Assembly (NCBI RefSeq): GCF_011386835.1
Contig: NC_088808.1
Coordinates: forward strand, 21,204,001-21,268,000
From: Chrysemys picta bellii
Lineage: Eukaryota
DNA length: 64,000 nucleotides
Reading direction: 5' to 3'
Shown: in pieces, positions 13,901-24,275 of the stretch
Layout: each line of letters opens with the position of its first letter
Numbering within the stretch: position 1 is the stretch's first letter
Made by a program: the position numbers and the translations under genes
The notes under the pieces: model-generated
Databases searched by the model: none
What the model saw: only the letters and a program-made list of their open reading frames with translations
What the model was told of the DNA's origin: nothing

Positions 13901-16900
13901 CATGCGGTTATAAAAGCATGTTGTCAGCTCAGCCCTAGCCACTCATTAAACAGAAGAAATATCTCCTTTGTATATTACCAATCTCAAACTCACTTGTCTT
14001 TCATATGTCAGCACTTTTTATTAATGATACATTAAAAAAAAGTCTTCAATGTCCATTAAAAATAATTCTAAAGATTGCAAGAGAAAGACAAATTTTGTAC
14101 AAATTCAGTTAATTAAGCCATCTCCTTCCACTGTCTCCAACCCAGCTGGAGAACTGTGTGTTCAGAACTGTTTAGAGAGGCGGTGTCACAGTTCTAAGTA
14201 AGGAGTTTACACCTTTGCTGACTGCAAGTGGAATCATTTTTCACTGTCTAGTGTATTTATCACCACTGTTCTAAAATGTAGCAAACAGCTTCAGACATGT
14301 CACTTTCTAAGTCCATTCCACCTACTGGTTCTTATCCACTAGCAACATGCTGCAAAGTTTGGGCGGCAAGCACTGCAGGGGGAAATAGATTGATTTTTAA
14401 TGATCTATATGCCCCGTGGGAAGCAGGGGCGGCTCTATGCTTTTTGCCGCCCCAAGCACGGCAGTCAGGCGGCCTTCGGCGGCATGCCTGCAGGCGGTCC
14501 ATGGTCACACGGATTCAGCGGCCTTTCTGCGGGTGATCTTCTGGTGCCACGGCTTCAGCGTACCCACCGCCCGAATTGCTGCCGAAACCACGGGACTGGC
14601 GGACCTCCCGCAGGCACGCCGCTGAAGGCCGCCTGACTGCCACCCTCACAGCGACTGGCAGGCCGCCCCCCCGCGGCTTGCCGCCCCAGGCACGCGCTTG
14701 CTGCGCTGGTGCCCGGAGCCGCCCCTGTTGGGAAGTCGCTTAGTTTCTCTGTGACTCAGCTCCCCATAGGTAAATGGCAATAGCCCCTTCTTTCCCCTCC
14801 CCTTTGTCTGTCTTGTCTAGTTCGATTGTCAATTCTTTGAGCATGGACTGTCTATTACTATGTGCATACTTAGTGCATGTGGGCCCCCGATCTCAGTGAG
14901 TGCTCTAAGCACCATTGTAATACAAATAGATAAAAAGGGGCCGTGTAGACATACCCGAGGTGCAAAGGGATTGCTCCAACACTGCAGCATATTAATGAGC
15001 CAACCCAGTTGTTGTTAGTGGATGATTACTCAGTCCCAGAAATAAGGTGAAACAGAGTAAAGGCTTTAGAGTTCCAGGGCAATTACATATAGCAGCTAAC
15101 ACCTTCCTGCCTGAGCCAAAACAACTTTCAAATATTACATCGAAACTCCACTTTGCAGGAGGAGCATTCTAAGAGATTCCGGTTCCATCTCCCTAATCCT
15201 GAGAACCACCACAAGTGCCTCAGGCCTTTAGTTAACTTGTGGGAATTGAGGTTGTTCAGGCTCCAGACTGGCCTGACTTTTGTCCATTTCACAGATTAAA
15301 GTTCCCTCTCATTTCCATTAATCTTAATGGGATCAAAGTCTTTCCATTAACGCTAAAGGCTTTTCACTTTTGCAAGCTGAAAAGCAAGATGATATTGTTA
15401 TAAAAAGCATGTGAGTTGTATGCTCCATTAGTCTGAACCCTGGATTTGCATGAGAGATTTCAAAACTATCTAATCCTCAGAAGCCAACACTATTTGTATC
15501 ATACTAGAACAGTTATTTTACCCTTCAGCACTCATTTCTGCTCTTCCTCAGATTTCTAACTGACTAGCTCTGCCAGACTATTTAGATAAACAGAATCGCC
15601 ACATTCTAAGAGCTCAACATGTGATTCCTAGCATCATCTTTCAGCTTTGAGAAAGAGACATTTGAGAACTGAGAAATGAACTGTACTTTAACTTCTGGTT
15701 TTCTCTCAGTCAATTGGGATGAAGCCTCTTTACAGAGAGTGAAAAATATAGAAGCCAGCCAGGAAGAACCAAATTAATGTTTGAATTTCTACCTGACAGC
15801 AATTCACTTTGATGCATTGCATACTAAGATTTTTGGGACTGCTAAATAGAGTTAAAATAAATAGCAGAGAGTGAAAGGAAGAGTTAAGACACTCAGATGT
15901 GTGTTTATTTTATATTTTAGTAAAAAAAGACGGTGACTTCAAACCAACAGATGACTTGGAATGTCATTTAGTGCCTGTTTTGTCTGAGAGCAACACCGTT
16001 TTCGTTTCTAATTTGCAGCAGGATTTGAATTCATGACCTGTAGGGACAGACCCAAATCAAACCCTCAGATCTGAAAGTTCCACCACATTTGGGTCTGTCT
16101 GGATCAGAACTTTGTGGATGGACCCCATTTGTGAAAGGGGCTGAACCAAGAGTCAAGCATCTCTCAAACTTTGGGAAAGCTCGGGACCAAATCTGGATCT
16201 GAACTCTGTGGCTCAAGGTTGTCTCCTTCCTGATGTACAAACATCTTGGGTCACATTTTCAAAAAGGGGCAGCCTTCCATTTTCTGGCATAATGGACACC
16301 TGCCTTTTTCCACATGCAGGTGCACTGTGGATGGCAGCCCGAGTGCTTCCTCTGCCTACCGACCACAGGGTCAGGTGCCAGCAGGGAATGCAAGATGTAC
16401 ATAGCCTGGTTTGCACCAGAAATTCATTTGCAGAATTATAGGGGCAAAATCTGCAGGGGGCCATTTGTACCTGCAAAAACAAACACAAGGCTTCAGCCCT
16501 TTGATACATTCTTTTGTGCCTAACACAGCAGATTTTCTGTTGCACAGACAAGTTTAAAATGTCTTAACCCTGCAGAATCCAAAGTTTCCCAGTCCTTCTG
16601 TTCTACTCGTCTGTTTCATAGCACAGGACTTCTGCGGGATGCAGGGTTACCTCTCCACGCTACTGAGGCAGGTTGTGCCATCATAGCCACCGACTGCATA
16701 GATGAAGTCATGAAGAGGAGCCACACCCACACCACAGCGATGTCTAGAGACAGGTCCCAGCACTTTCCATTCATGCTCCAGGGGGTTATAACATTCCACA
16801 CCACCGATATGGTCACTGCGGAGCCAGCCTCCAACTGGAAAGAGAGACATGGCACAACAGGAGCAGGAGAAATAGGACCGAAGAGGATTAAACCGTCAAG

Positions 16901-19900
16901 CCCTGCATTGTAATGGATTTCCCACCCTATGTTTCACTTCCCTTTCCTCCCCCTCCCCACCTCAAAGCTCGCGCCAGCATGCCGACCAATCACAGTACGG
17001 ACTATGAACATCGCATCCAAACCACTGCAGTGCCGATCTGCCAATCCACGCTCTCCAGTCCAAGTGAGTTGACTCTGAACGTACAGCATGCAATGCACTT
17101 CACACTCAACCTGTTACTGACAGCTATCAACAGGGCACATACAGAACACACACACACACACCAGTTCTCCATCGGGGGCTCCCCCAGACATTTTTCACCC
17201 AATGCACCACAGGGCTCCCTGCCTTCCCCACCTGGCCAGCTCCCCTGAGCAAGCACTCTTCGCCTCTCCCAATACTTGTAGGCTGAGGCTGTCTCTGAGT
17301 GACTCCTGTGGGCAGACCAGAGGGGACACTGGCTGCTGGAAGTGGGGGGAGGCCGGGCAGGAGCCCTGGTGCAGGAGCTGGCCCCACGGCAGAGGCGAGG
17401 AGCAGCAGTGCTGGCCACCCCACTGCCCTCTCAGATTTAGCCCAACGGCTCTCCATCATGATGGGAGGCAGCAGGGCCAAAATGGAGTGAGTGTGGTTGT
17501 GATCTGGTGCACGGGAGTTGCAGCGTGGCTCTGGTTTGGCCCCATCATGATGGAGGGGCCAGGGGCCAAACCTGAGGGGCTCTGTGACCCCCGTGCACCT
17601 GGTCGCAATGCCACTCGCTGAATTTTGGTCCTGCCACCCCATCACAATGGGCCAATGGTACGCAGCACGGGTACAGCTGCAGGGGCCACTGTTCTCCATT
17701 TCTGAATGCACAGCTTGACCTCTTGGTCACCTAGCTTTCTTATGCATTTACAACATGCCCATCGCCATGGTATCTAGGCTCCCCATGCACAGCTTTAAAA
17801 CTTATTGTCATCAAAGGGGCCTCATTGGCTCCCAAAGGTGTTGCTGTTGTTCATAGCGGTCGTGGGGATAGATATATCATCACCCAGGAAAATAAACCAT
17901 CACCTAAAAACTCCACAACACTAAAATTCTCTTTCCCAAATTAAACCAATTACTGATGCCTCAGTGGGGAAAAGCATAGAGGCAATAATACTGCTTTGAT
18001 CTGGGGCTTTGGGGTGGGTTTTGCTGACGGTTATTTTGGCTCCCATCTAGACAGCCAGGGACAATTCAAAGACAGGTAGGAACCATTGTCAGTTTATTGA
18101 TTTTTTACATCTACAGCATTTTCCGATGGGCCATCAGCAGCTGTTTATTGACAGGCCTGAAGCAGCATCTTCACTTGGGTGATTAAATTTCTATTGCAGT
18201 AACTATTTGGAATGATTACTACAATCACAAGGCAATTTAAAATAAATGATTTCACCACCGAGTACTGCAAACACCACATTGAGCATAATTGGAACCAATT
18301 GCAACCGGGAAGATTCAGTCGTGAGTTTGATTATTAATGTTTTATAAATACATAAGTTGCAGTGTCAATATTTTTTTTCATGGAAATGGTTTTGATGCTA
18401 CTCTGCATTTGCTCAATAAGTAGTTTAGCAGGGGGTGGAACTTCTGCAAGGAGGAGCAAAGGTTTTCAGAATATATTCTGATTTTTTTTTTAAATGGGAA
18501 AAGATTTTCCTATTAGCTGCTTATTTTTAACGACAGAATTTTCATGCTGATTGCCAGCTTGCCAAGGTACAAAGTGAAACGTCTCTCACCATTAGGAATG
18601 TTTTTAAGATTGAGCTGTGAAGTGCAGCCATGATACATCCAACTCAGCTGTATCTAAAGAGTATTTAGAACTAGGAAATCTCCACTTTCAAGTGGACCTT
18701 CATTGAAACGATATAGCTGTTGCCTACACTTTGCCTCCTCTCAGAAAACCAAGGGGAAATGTTACATTACTAAACTTTTTACCCCCTTTTGTGCTATGAG
18801 CCATCTCTCCATTCTGGAACCTGGGACACAGACAACTCTTAGAGCAGAAGAATTAGCTAGATGGAGAGAGAGTATCTTCCTGAAACCCTATTCTTTACGG
18901 TCCTTCATTTAGGATTAAAATATCTCCCCAAGAGATGTTACAGGTCCCTGTGTGCAGCGATCTGGGCATTACCCACCTACTGGGGGATGTGTTACATCAA
19001 TCAAGAAAAAACACAACCGTTCAGGCAACATCACAAGCCCACTCCTGAAGTTCCTAAATAGGCAAACTCACCTGCAAACCAACTCCACCGGCACACTAAT
19101 TGCACACAAGTGTTGCCTTGCAGTTAGATAAGCAGCATGAACACATTCAGTGCTTACAGAAGTTAGACACAGGACTAGGGTTACCATATGTCCGTTTTTT
19201 CCCGGACATGTCCGGCTTTTTGGCAATCAAACCCCCGGCCGGGGGGAATTGCCAAAAAGCCAAACATGTCCGGGAAAAATACCGGCCGGGCACTTCCTCT
19301 CTCGCAGCTGCTCTGCTCCTCCCCGGACTCAGACTTCGGCTCTGTTTAAGAGCCAAGCTGCCCGAGCCAGCGCTACCGGCTTCGGGCAGCCCCCATGCCT
19401 CCGGACCCCAGCCGCTGGAGCAGAGCAGCTGGAGCTGGGGAGGAGAAGTGCCCGGCCGGGGGCGCAGGGTCCGGAGGCATAGGGGCTGCCCGAAGCCCGA
19501 GTGCTACCGGCTTCATGGTTTGCCGGGCAGCCTCCAGACCCTGCGCCCCCGGCTGGGCGCTTCCCCTCCCGGGCTCCAGCTGCGCTGGGGAAGCGCCGGC
19601 CGGGGGCGCAGGGTCTGGAGGCTGCCAGGCAAACCGTAAAGCCAGTAGCGCTCGGGCAGCCCTTTTCGCGTGGCTGGGAGGGAGGAGGGGGAGTTAGGGC
19701 GGGGACTTTGGGGAAGGGGCGGGGAAAGGGTGGAGTTGGGGCGGGGCTGGGGTGGGAAAGGGGCGGGGCTAGGGCCCATGGAGTGTCCTCTTTTTTTATT
19801 TTTTAAATATGGTAACCCTACGCAGGACTGACCTACCTGAGCTTTAGATCAACAGTTGAGCTCTGGATCCAAAATCACCCCAGAATTTGGGGAGCTCCAA

Positions 19901-22708
19901 AGCCAGATCCACTCTGAATGCACCCACAGTTGAGATGATGTTTATTTTTACATGCCAAGAACAATGCTGGGTGCCTGACAGTGCAAGTGGCTGCATCAGG
20001 TCCCTTCCCTTACAAGCTCACAATCCAAACGGAGACAATGTTGGGATTCAGGCCTGCAGGCACCAGAAACCCATTCTGTGGCCTTAGATAAATCAACACT
20101 CTGTGCCTCAGTTTCCCCAGGAAAACAAACACCCAACTCCTCCAGGAGGGCAGGGGGAGTACTAGTTAGGTCAGAGAATCATAGAAGTGTCGGACTGGAA
20201 GGGACCTTGAGAGGTCATCTTGTCCAGTCCTCTGCACTCCAGGCAGGACTATGTAATAACTAGACCATTCCTGACAGGTGTTTGTCTAACTTCTTCTTAA
20301 AAACCTCCAGTGACAGAGATTTCGCCACTTCCCTAGGCAATTTGTTCCTGTCAGGGTAGTTAAGCACTGGAAGTTTTTCGTGGCTATGGAGAACTTTGGA
20401 CATGAAAAGCAGTAATAATATTTAGTACCAAGTATGATTATCTACAATGCAGATTATGAGCCACATTAGTCCCTGGTGCTATATTTGTAGAGTTAGGGAT
20501 ATACACACACTAAGATAGAAACCCCTTTCCTTATGGCACCCCGGGTCCCTATACTACCTTTTCTTCTATAACGGGGGTGGCCAACCTGTGGCTCCGGAGC
20601 CGCATGCGGCTCTTCAGAGGTTAAAATGCGTCTCCTTGCATAGGCACCGACTCCGAGGCTGGAGCTACAGATGCTGACTTTCTAATTGCTGTGGGGTGCT
20701 CACTGCTCAACCCCCTGCTTTGCCCCAGGTCCTGCCACCACTCCATCCCTTCCCCCAAGGCTCCTGCCCCTTCCCCCGAGCCTGCCATGCCCTCGCTCCT
20801 TCCCCTTCCCCACCAGAGCCTCCTGCGCACTGCAAAACAGCTGATTGCAGTGGGCAGGAGGCGTGGGGAAGGAAGGGGAGGTGCTGATTGGCGGGGCTGC
20901 CGGTGGGCAGCGGATGGGGGGCTGCTGACGTATTACTGTGGCTCTCTGGCAATGTTCACTGGTAAATTCTGGCTCCTTCTCAGGCTGGTTGGCCGCCCCC
21001 ATTCTAGAACTTAGGATATTTAGGACTCAGTTCAGCACCATTGACTCTGGTGGGAGTTGGATCAGGCTCTTAGAATACAAGGTCCTTTCCCACTCTCAGA
21101 AATGCTGTACTCTGTAGCCTCACACTGACACCTCACGCTACGTGCTCAGCTCTGGCTCTACTCCAGGGCTCTTCTGCCTTTGTATGTTTAAGGCCTTCCC
21201 AAAACACCGTGGCCGACTCAACGCATCTCAGACAAATTCAACAGAAACGGAGACAGGACAAACTTACCAGCAAAAATGAGCTCGACTTGCCTGCTTGCTT
21301 TGTAAGCTCCAGACTGAGAGTCCTGGGTAGTCGGTTTCCTTTGCAATTCAAGCTGCTCCCTGAGGCAATGCAAATTCCGCAGTCACAACATTATCCCAGA
21401 ACAGCTCTGCAATGGGGACAGGGCACTACCACATCCTGGGGAAACTTTAGTGCGGGGCAAGCACACAATACAGGAGAGCTAACATAGCATTAGGAGACCT
21501 TCAAAACAGCTGCTGCATCATCCATTCTGATACAGCTTTAAGAACAAACAAACAACCCTAATGATCCAGAGAGGGACTTAAAGTGTCTTGCAGGATCCAG
21601 GAGGGAGAACTTCTCTGAGGACTGTAGATTTGGGTTTATTTTTTATTTCACTGGCTTCATTTGCAGATGGTGAGTTTTGGAGTCAAGTGCCCTCTCACAG
21701 ACCGAGCAAACAGAAATCCATGAAAATCCCTGACCTGGACAACGAAGCCTGCATCACAAATGTTGCTGAGGGGTGAGCTTTGTCAAGTTTGAGGTTTTCT
21801 GAACCTAAAGCTCTTTTCAGGATTGTGAAATGAATTAAGAGTTTGAGTTCCTTTTTACCCTTTCTAGAAAACTCACTATGGTATTTAGTAAGGATGAAAC
21901 TAATATGGTTTAATAATTTATGGAAATTTAACAGGGGTCTGTTAAAAACCTGTTATGTCTGTTCAAAAACATATAGAACTGTATAGAAAATGAGATCCTT
22001 CCTAGAGAATTCTAAAGCAGGGAGATCATTCGCTTTCAACCATCCGATAGCATTTTAATGGAGGCCTCTAAAAAGGTTCCCATTCTCTGTTGTTCCACAG
22101 GACTTTAACATGTCTTCTTCAGTCTTGTAAACGAATCTCTCTTGTCCTCCCTTTCCAAAAAGGGGTTTGATATTTTTAAAAAACTTTTTTTTAAAACAAA
22201 AAGGAAGGCCGGTTTTTGTAGTAAGGGAGAGAAGAATCTTCCCCAACCCCAAAACTAGGTTTGTATGAATGAAGGCCTTATAGAACACTATATAGACTGC
22301 ATTGGTTACCTGCTCCCTTCGTCACAACTGTTCTGTAGTTTGTCACTCAGCCCCCGTCTTCAGTTCATTTTTCACCCTGTTTTTCCACTGATTTTTCCCC
22401 TCTAATCCTAAGCAGAAATAGGAACCCAACAAAATTCAAACCCAAGACAAACTTTCAAACAGTGTGTGTGAGTGGCTTCAAATTTACCCCAGGTGAGTTT
22501 ATTCTACTATCGCTTAAAACACCAGAGCCTTTCAAATGTGCAGAGCTGTAGTAAGTGGGGTCAGAAGAGAAGATTATTGGGGGGGGGGGGAAGGGTTATG
22601 GCTGCTTTAAAGGCAAGTATTGAAGTCAAATTAAAAATGTCCAAATTGTGTGCTCCTCTCCCACATTAGCCTTTCATAAAATGTACGGTACTCACCCTTT
22701 GTCTTCAT
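7842..22708 (-). CDS. KLHL20/diablo-like Kelch-repeat gene lacking visible BTB/BACK; about 348 aa if the G5 frameshift is corrected
   Basis: Hand-spliced join (minus): 22708-22696, 22407-22310, 21359-21268, 16834-16651, 12627-12484, 11826-11693, 11029-10821, 8991-8885, 7908-7842. All introns GT-AG. Six complete GG-x-Y-x-W kelch blades. The last seven exons are high confidence, the first two are inferred. Confidence 0.8.
8885..8991 (-). CDS. Kelch gene exon, blade 6 (107 nt)
   Basis: [36 protein letters not shown]; tttag| ... AG|gtaaat. Confidence 0.92.
10821..11029 (-). CDS. Kelch gene exon, blades 4-5 (209 nt)
   Basis: [70 protein letters not shown]; ctctcccag| ... AAG|gtattt. Confidence 0.95.
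11050..11240 (+). mobile_element. CORE/MIR-like SINE fragment
   Basis: Core motif gtgcctcagtttcccc followed by ctacctcacaggggtgctgtgagg. Similar fragments lie at about 10590-10740, 12855-12970, 20095-20170, 24580-24800, 28255-28390, 48640-48800(-), 51120-51260(-), 51740-51840, 60120-60320 and 61960-62060. Boundaries approximate. Confidence 0.65.
11693..11826 (-). CDS. Kelch gene exon, blades 3-4 (134 nt)
   Basis: [44 protein letters not shown]; ctttag| ... CAG|gtaacg. Confidence 0.95.
12484..12627 (-). CDS. Kelch gene exon, blades 2-3 (144 nt)
   Basis: [48 protein letters not shown]; cacaag| ... AG|gtatcg. Confidence 0.95.
13196..13350 (+). mobile_element. tRNA-derived CORE/MIR-like SINE
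   Basis: ggcagtgttccctagtgg ... tctgtgcctcagtttccccatctgtaaaatggggga ... ataaagtgcttttagatct. Confidence 0.7.
14424..14727. mobile_element. hAT MITE
   Basis: TIR CAGGGGCGGCTC / GAGCCGCCCCTG; 8-bp TSD gtgggaag / ttgggaag. Confidence 0.85.
16651..16834 (-). CDS. Kelch gene exon, blades 1-2 (184 nt)
   Basis: (V)[61 protein letters not shown]; ctttccag| ... AG|gtaacc. Confidence 0.95.
19176..19820. mobile_element. hAT non-autonomous DNA transposon
   Basis: TIR TAGGGTTACCATAT / ATATGGTAACCCTA; 8-bp TSD cacaggac / cgcaggac; GC-rich internal direct and inverted repeats. Confidence 0.9.
20174..20350 (-). mobile_element. CR1 LINE 3' end fragment
   Basis: Reverse complement of the CR1 3' UTR (gaatcatagaa tail, ggaagggacc, tagaccattcctgacaggtgtttgtctaac); same sequence as the + strand CR1 near 63950. 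Confidence 0.85.
20572..21001. mobile_element. hAT MITE (family A, copy 1)
   Basis: TIR cgggggtggccaacc / ggttggccgccccca; TSD ttctataa / ttctagaa. Confidence 0.85.
21268..21359 (-). CDS. Kelch gene linker exon (92 nt)
   Basis: [30 protein letters not shown] with strong donor G|gtaagt; joins the next exon as ELIFA|VGGW, like KLHL20 EVLFA|VGGW. Confidence 0.8.
22310..22407 (-). CDS. Putative Kelch gene N-terminal exon with an apparent +1 frameshift
   Basis: Acceptor atttctgcttag|, donor CAG|gtaacc. 98 nt where 97 is needed. Removing one G from the G5 run (22351-22355) gives [33 protein letters not shown]. Confidence 0.5.
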
Positions 22709-22788
22709 ACACACCCATCCCTGAGCACTGAAGGAGCTCCTAGCACAAAGAAGAGGGTTGTGTTGACCACATCTAGTCCAGATGGAGC
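22696..22788 (-). CDS. Putative Kelch gene start exon (ATG at 22708-22706)
   Basis: Acceptor gtctctag|, ATG AAG ACA AAG G|gtgagt (strong phase-1 donor), compatible with the next exon. Confidence 0.45.
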
Positions 22789-23854
22789 CTAGAGACTTAT
22801 ATGTCAACCCACAAGCCAAAAATAGGAATAGTTTGCATGCTTCAGACCATAGAGCATGTGACGGCACTGAAATTCCATTCAATCCTTTGTTCTCCTTTGC
22901 AACAAAACCAGATGTCCTCCTATCCCAGGAAGATTGCTCACCATGACTTTGGGCATCAAGCAGCAACAGTATCCATCCCAACTACTTTCCTCATTTGCCA
23001 TTAATTTAGTTCTTAACTGAGCTCTGCAATTATTTCCTCTCTTCTTTAAGCAAGTCAGGTGCAGGGGAGAACTGAACAATGCTTAATACATTGCATAAAA
23101 TGAAAGACAGAATGGCTTAAATTGGCTTATTTCAGCTTGACATCAATGCTCTGAGTTGAGGGCTTTCAGCACCTCGGTGGATGATCAGACTCGAAGTGAC
23201 CAGTATGTGACCACTGAGATAACACTTGCAAACACACTCTGTTAAACATCCACTGTCAGGGTGCTAGAACTTTGGGAATTCTTGTTTCCAAGACTATAGC
23301 ATGCAAAAAGAGAGACACTATTTAAAGGAATAATCCTTAAGACATTTGCTGCCCAACCCAGGGTGAAACACAATCAAAATCCAAACAGGTAAAGAATGAA
23401 ATTGTGCAAACGTTTGCATACACCGAGTCGCTCAGTGCAGGAGACTCAAGAATCCTTGGAACTGAATGGAAGGAATTAAAGGAAGAAAATTTGCTAAGTC
23501 GCCTATTTTCTATGTACCAGGACTGAAATATATTCTTTCCTTACTGTTTTCTCTTCCAAGAAGCACATTCACAAATCACTCTGAGCTAGGAGCATTTTTG
23601 AAGCGCTAATACAGAAGATCTCATCACTTCCCCCATCCACAAACATTGGCTTGTACTCCACTGCAACCCCCAGCATGATTTGGCTCACACCAATGTAACC
23701 ACACTGACTCTGGAGGAGTTACTCCTGTATACCACTCGCACTAGCAGAGGACGCCAAGTTATGGTTTAGCAAAATGTTATCAGTCAACACTAAGATTAGA
23801 GATGGTTCTGATCCAGGATCCAGTTTCTCTGCATAGCTCATCGTGAGAGTGGCT

Positions 23855-24275
23855 GGGTATCAACAGCAACGGGGTGGGAAACAGTTTTCCTGTCCCACAA
23901 AAATTTTCAATATATTTTGATGAGTCAAGAAGTCAATTGCAACATTTTTCACAAACCAAAAATTAATTTATTTTTTTTTAAATGTGGTTAAAAAAATCAA
24001 AAAGTTTTGTTTAGATTTTGACCAATTTTTATATTTTGTTTTACTATAACTAGTTTACATTTCAAAATTAAGAGTCATTTTGAACCAGAAAACTGGAATT
24101 TTTCATTTTCAAAATATTGAAACAAGATGATTAGACAATTTAAAGAGAAAAAATGTAAACATTTCCAAGTTGAGAAATTAATCAAATTTGACTATTTCCT
24201 GTGAAAATTTTCAGTTTTAATGAACTAGCCTTTTTTATTTTAAAAGTTTCATTAAAAAAATTCCTGACCAAGCCT
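23855..24275. repeat. AT-rich MITE-like repeat
   Basis: Runs of aaaattttc/gaaaatttt with inverted symmetry; a related block lies at about 37600-37815. Boundaries approximate. Confidence 0.4.

Noticed and set aside
17127-17711. 194-aa ORF with a signal-peptide-like [12 protein letters not shown], and an other-frame LLHQ...VLGEAK resembling the end of a BACK domain
   Set aside because: GC-rich low-complexity sequence; the BACK-like frame is out of phase with the kelch exon; the linker exon at 21268-21359 fits much better.
19100-19806. Cluster of long overlapping ORFs (also at 14297-14636, 20621-21014, 30707-31196, 39536-39994, 48033-48352, 52109-52566)
   Set aside because: All fall inside GC-rich, stop-poor MITEs with TIRs; no domain motifs.
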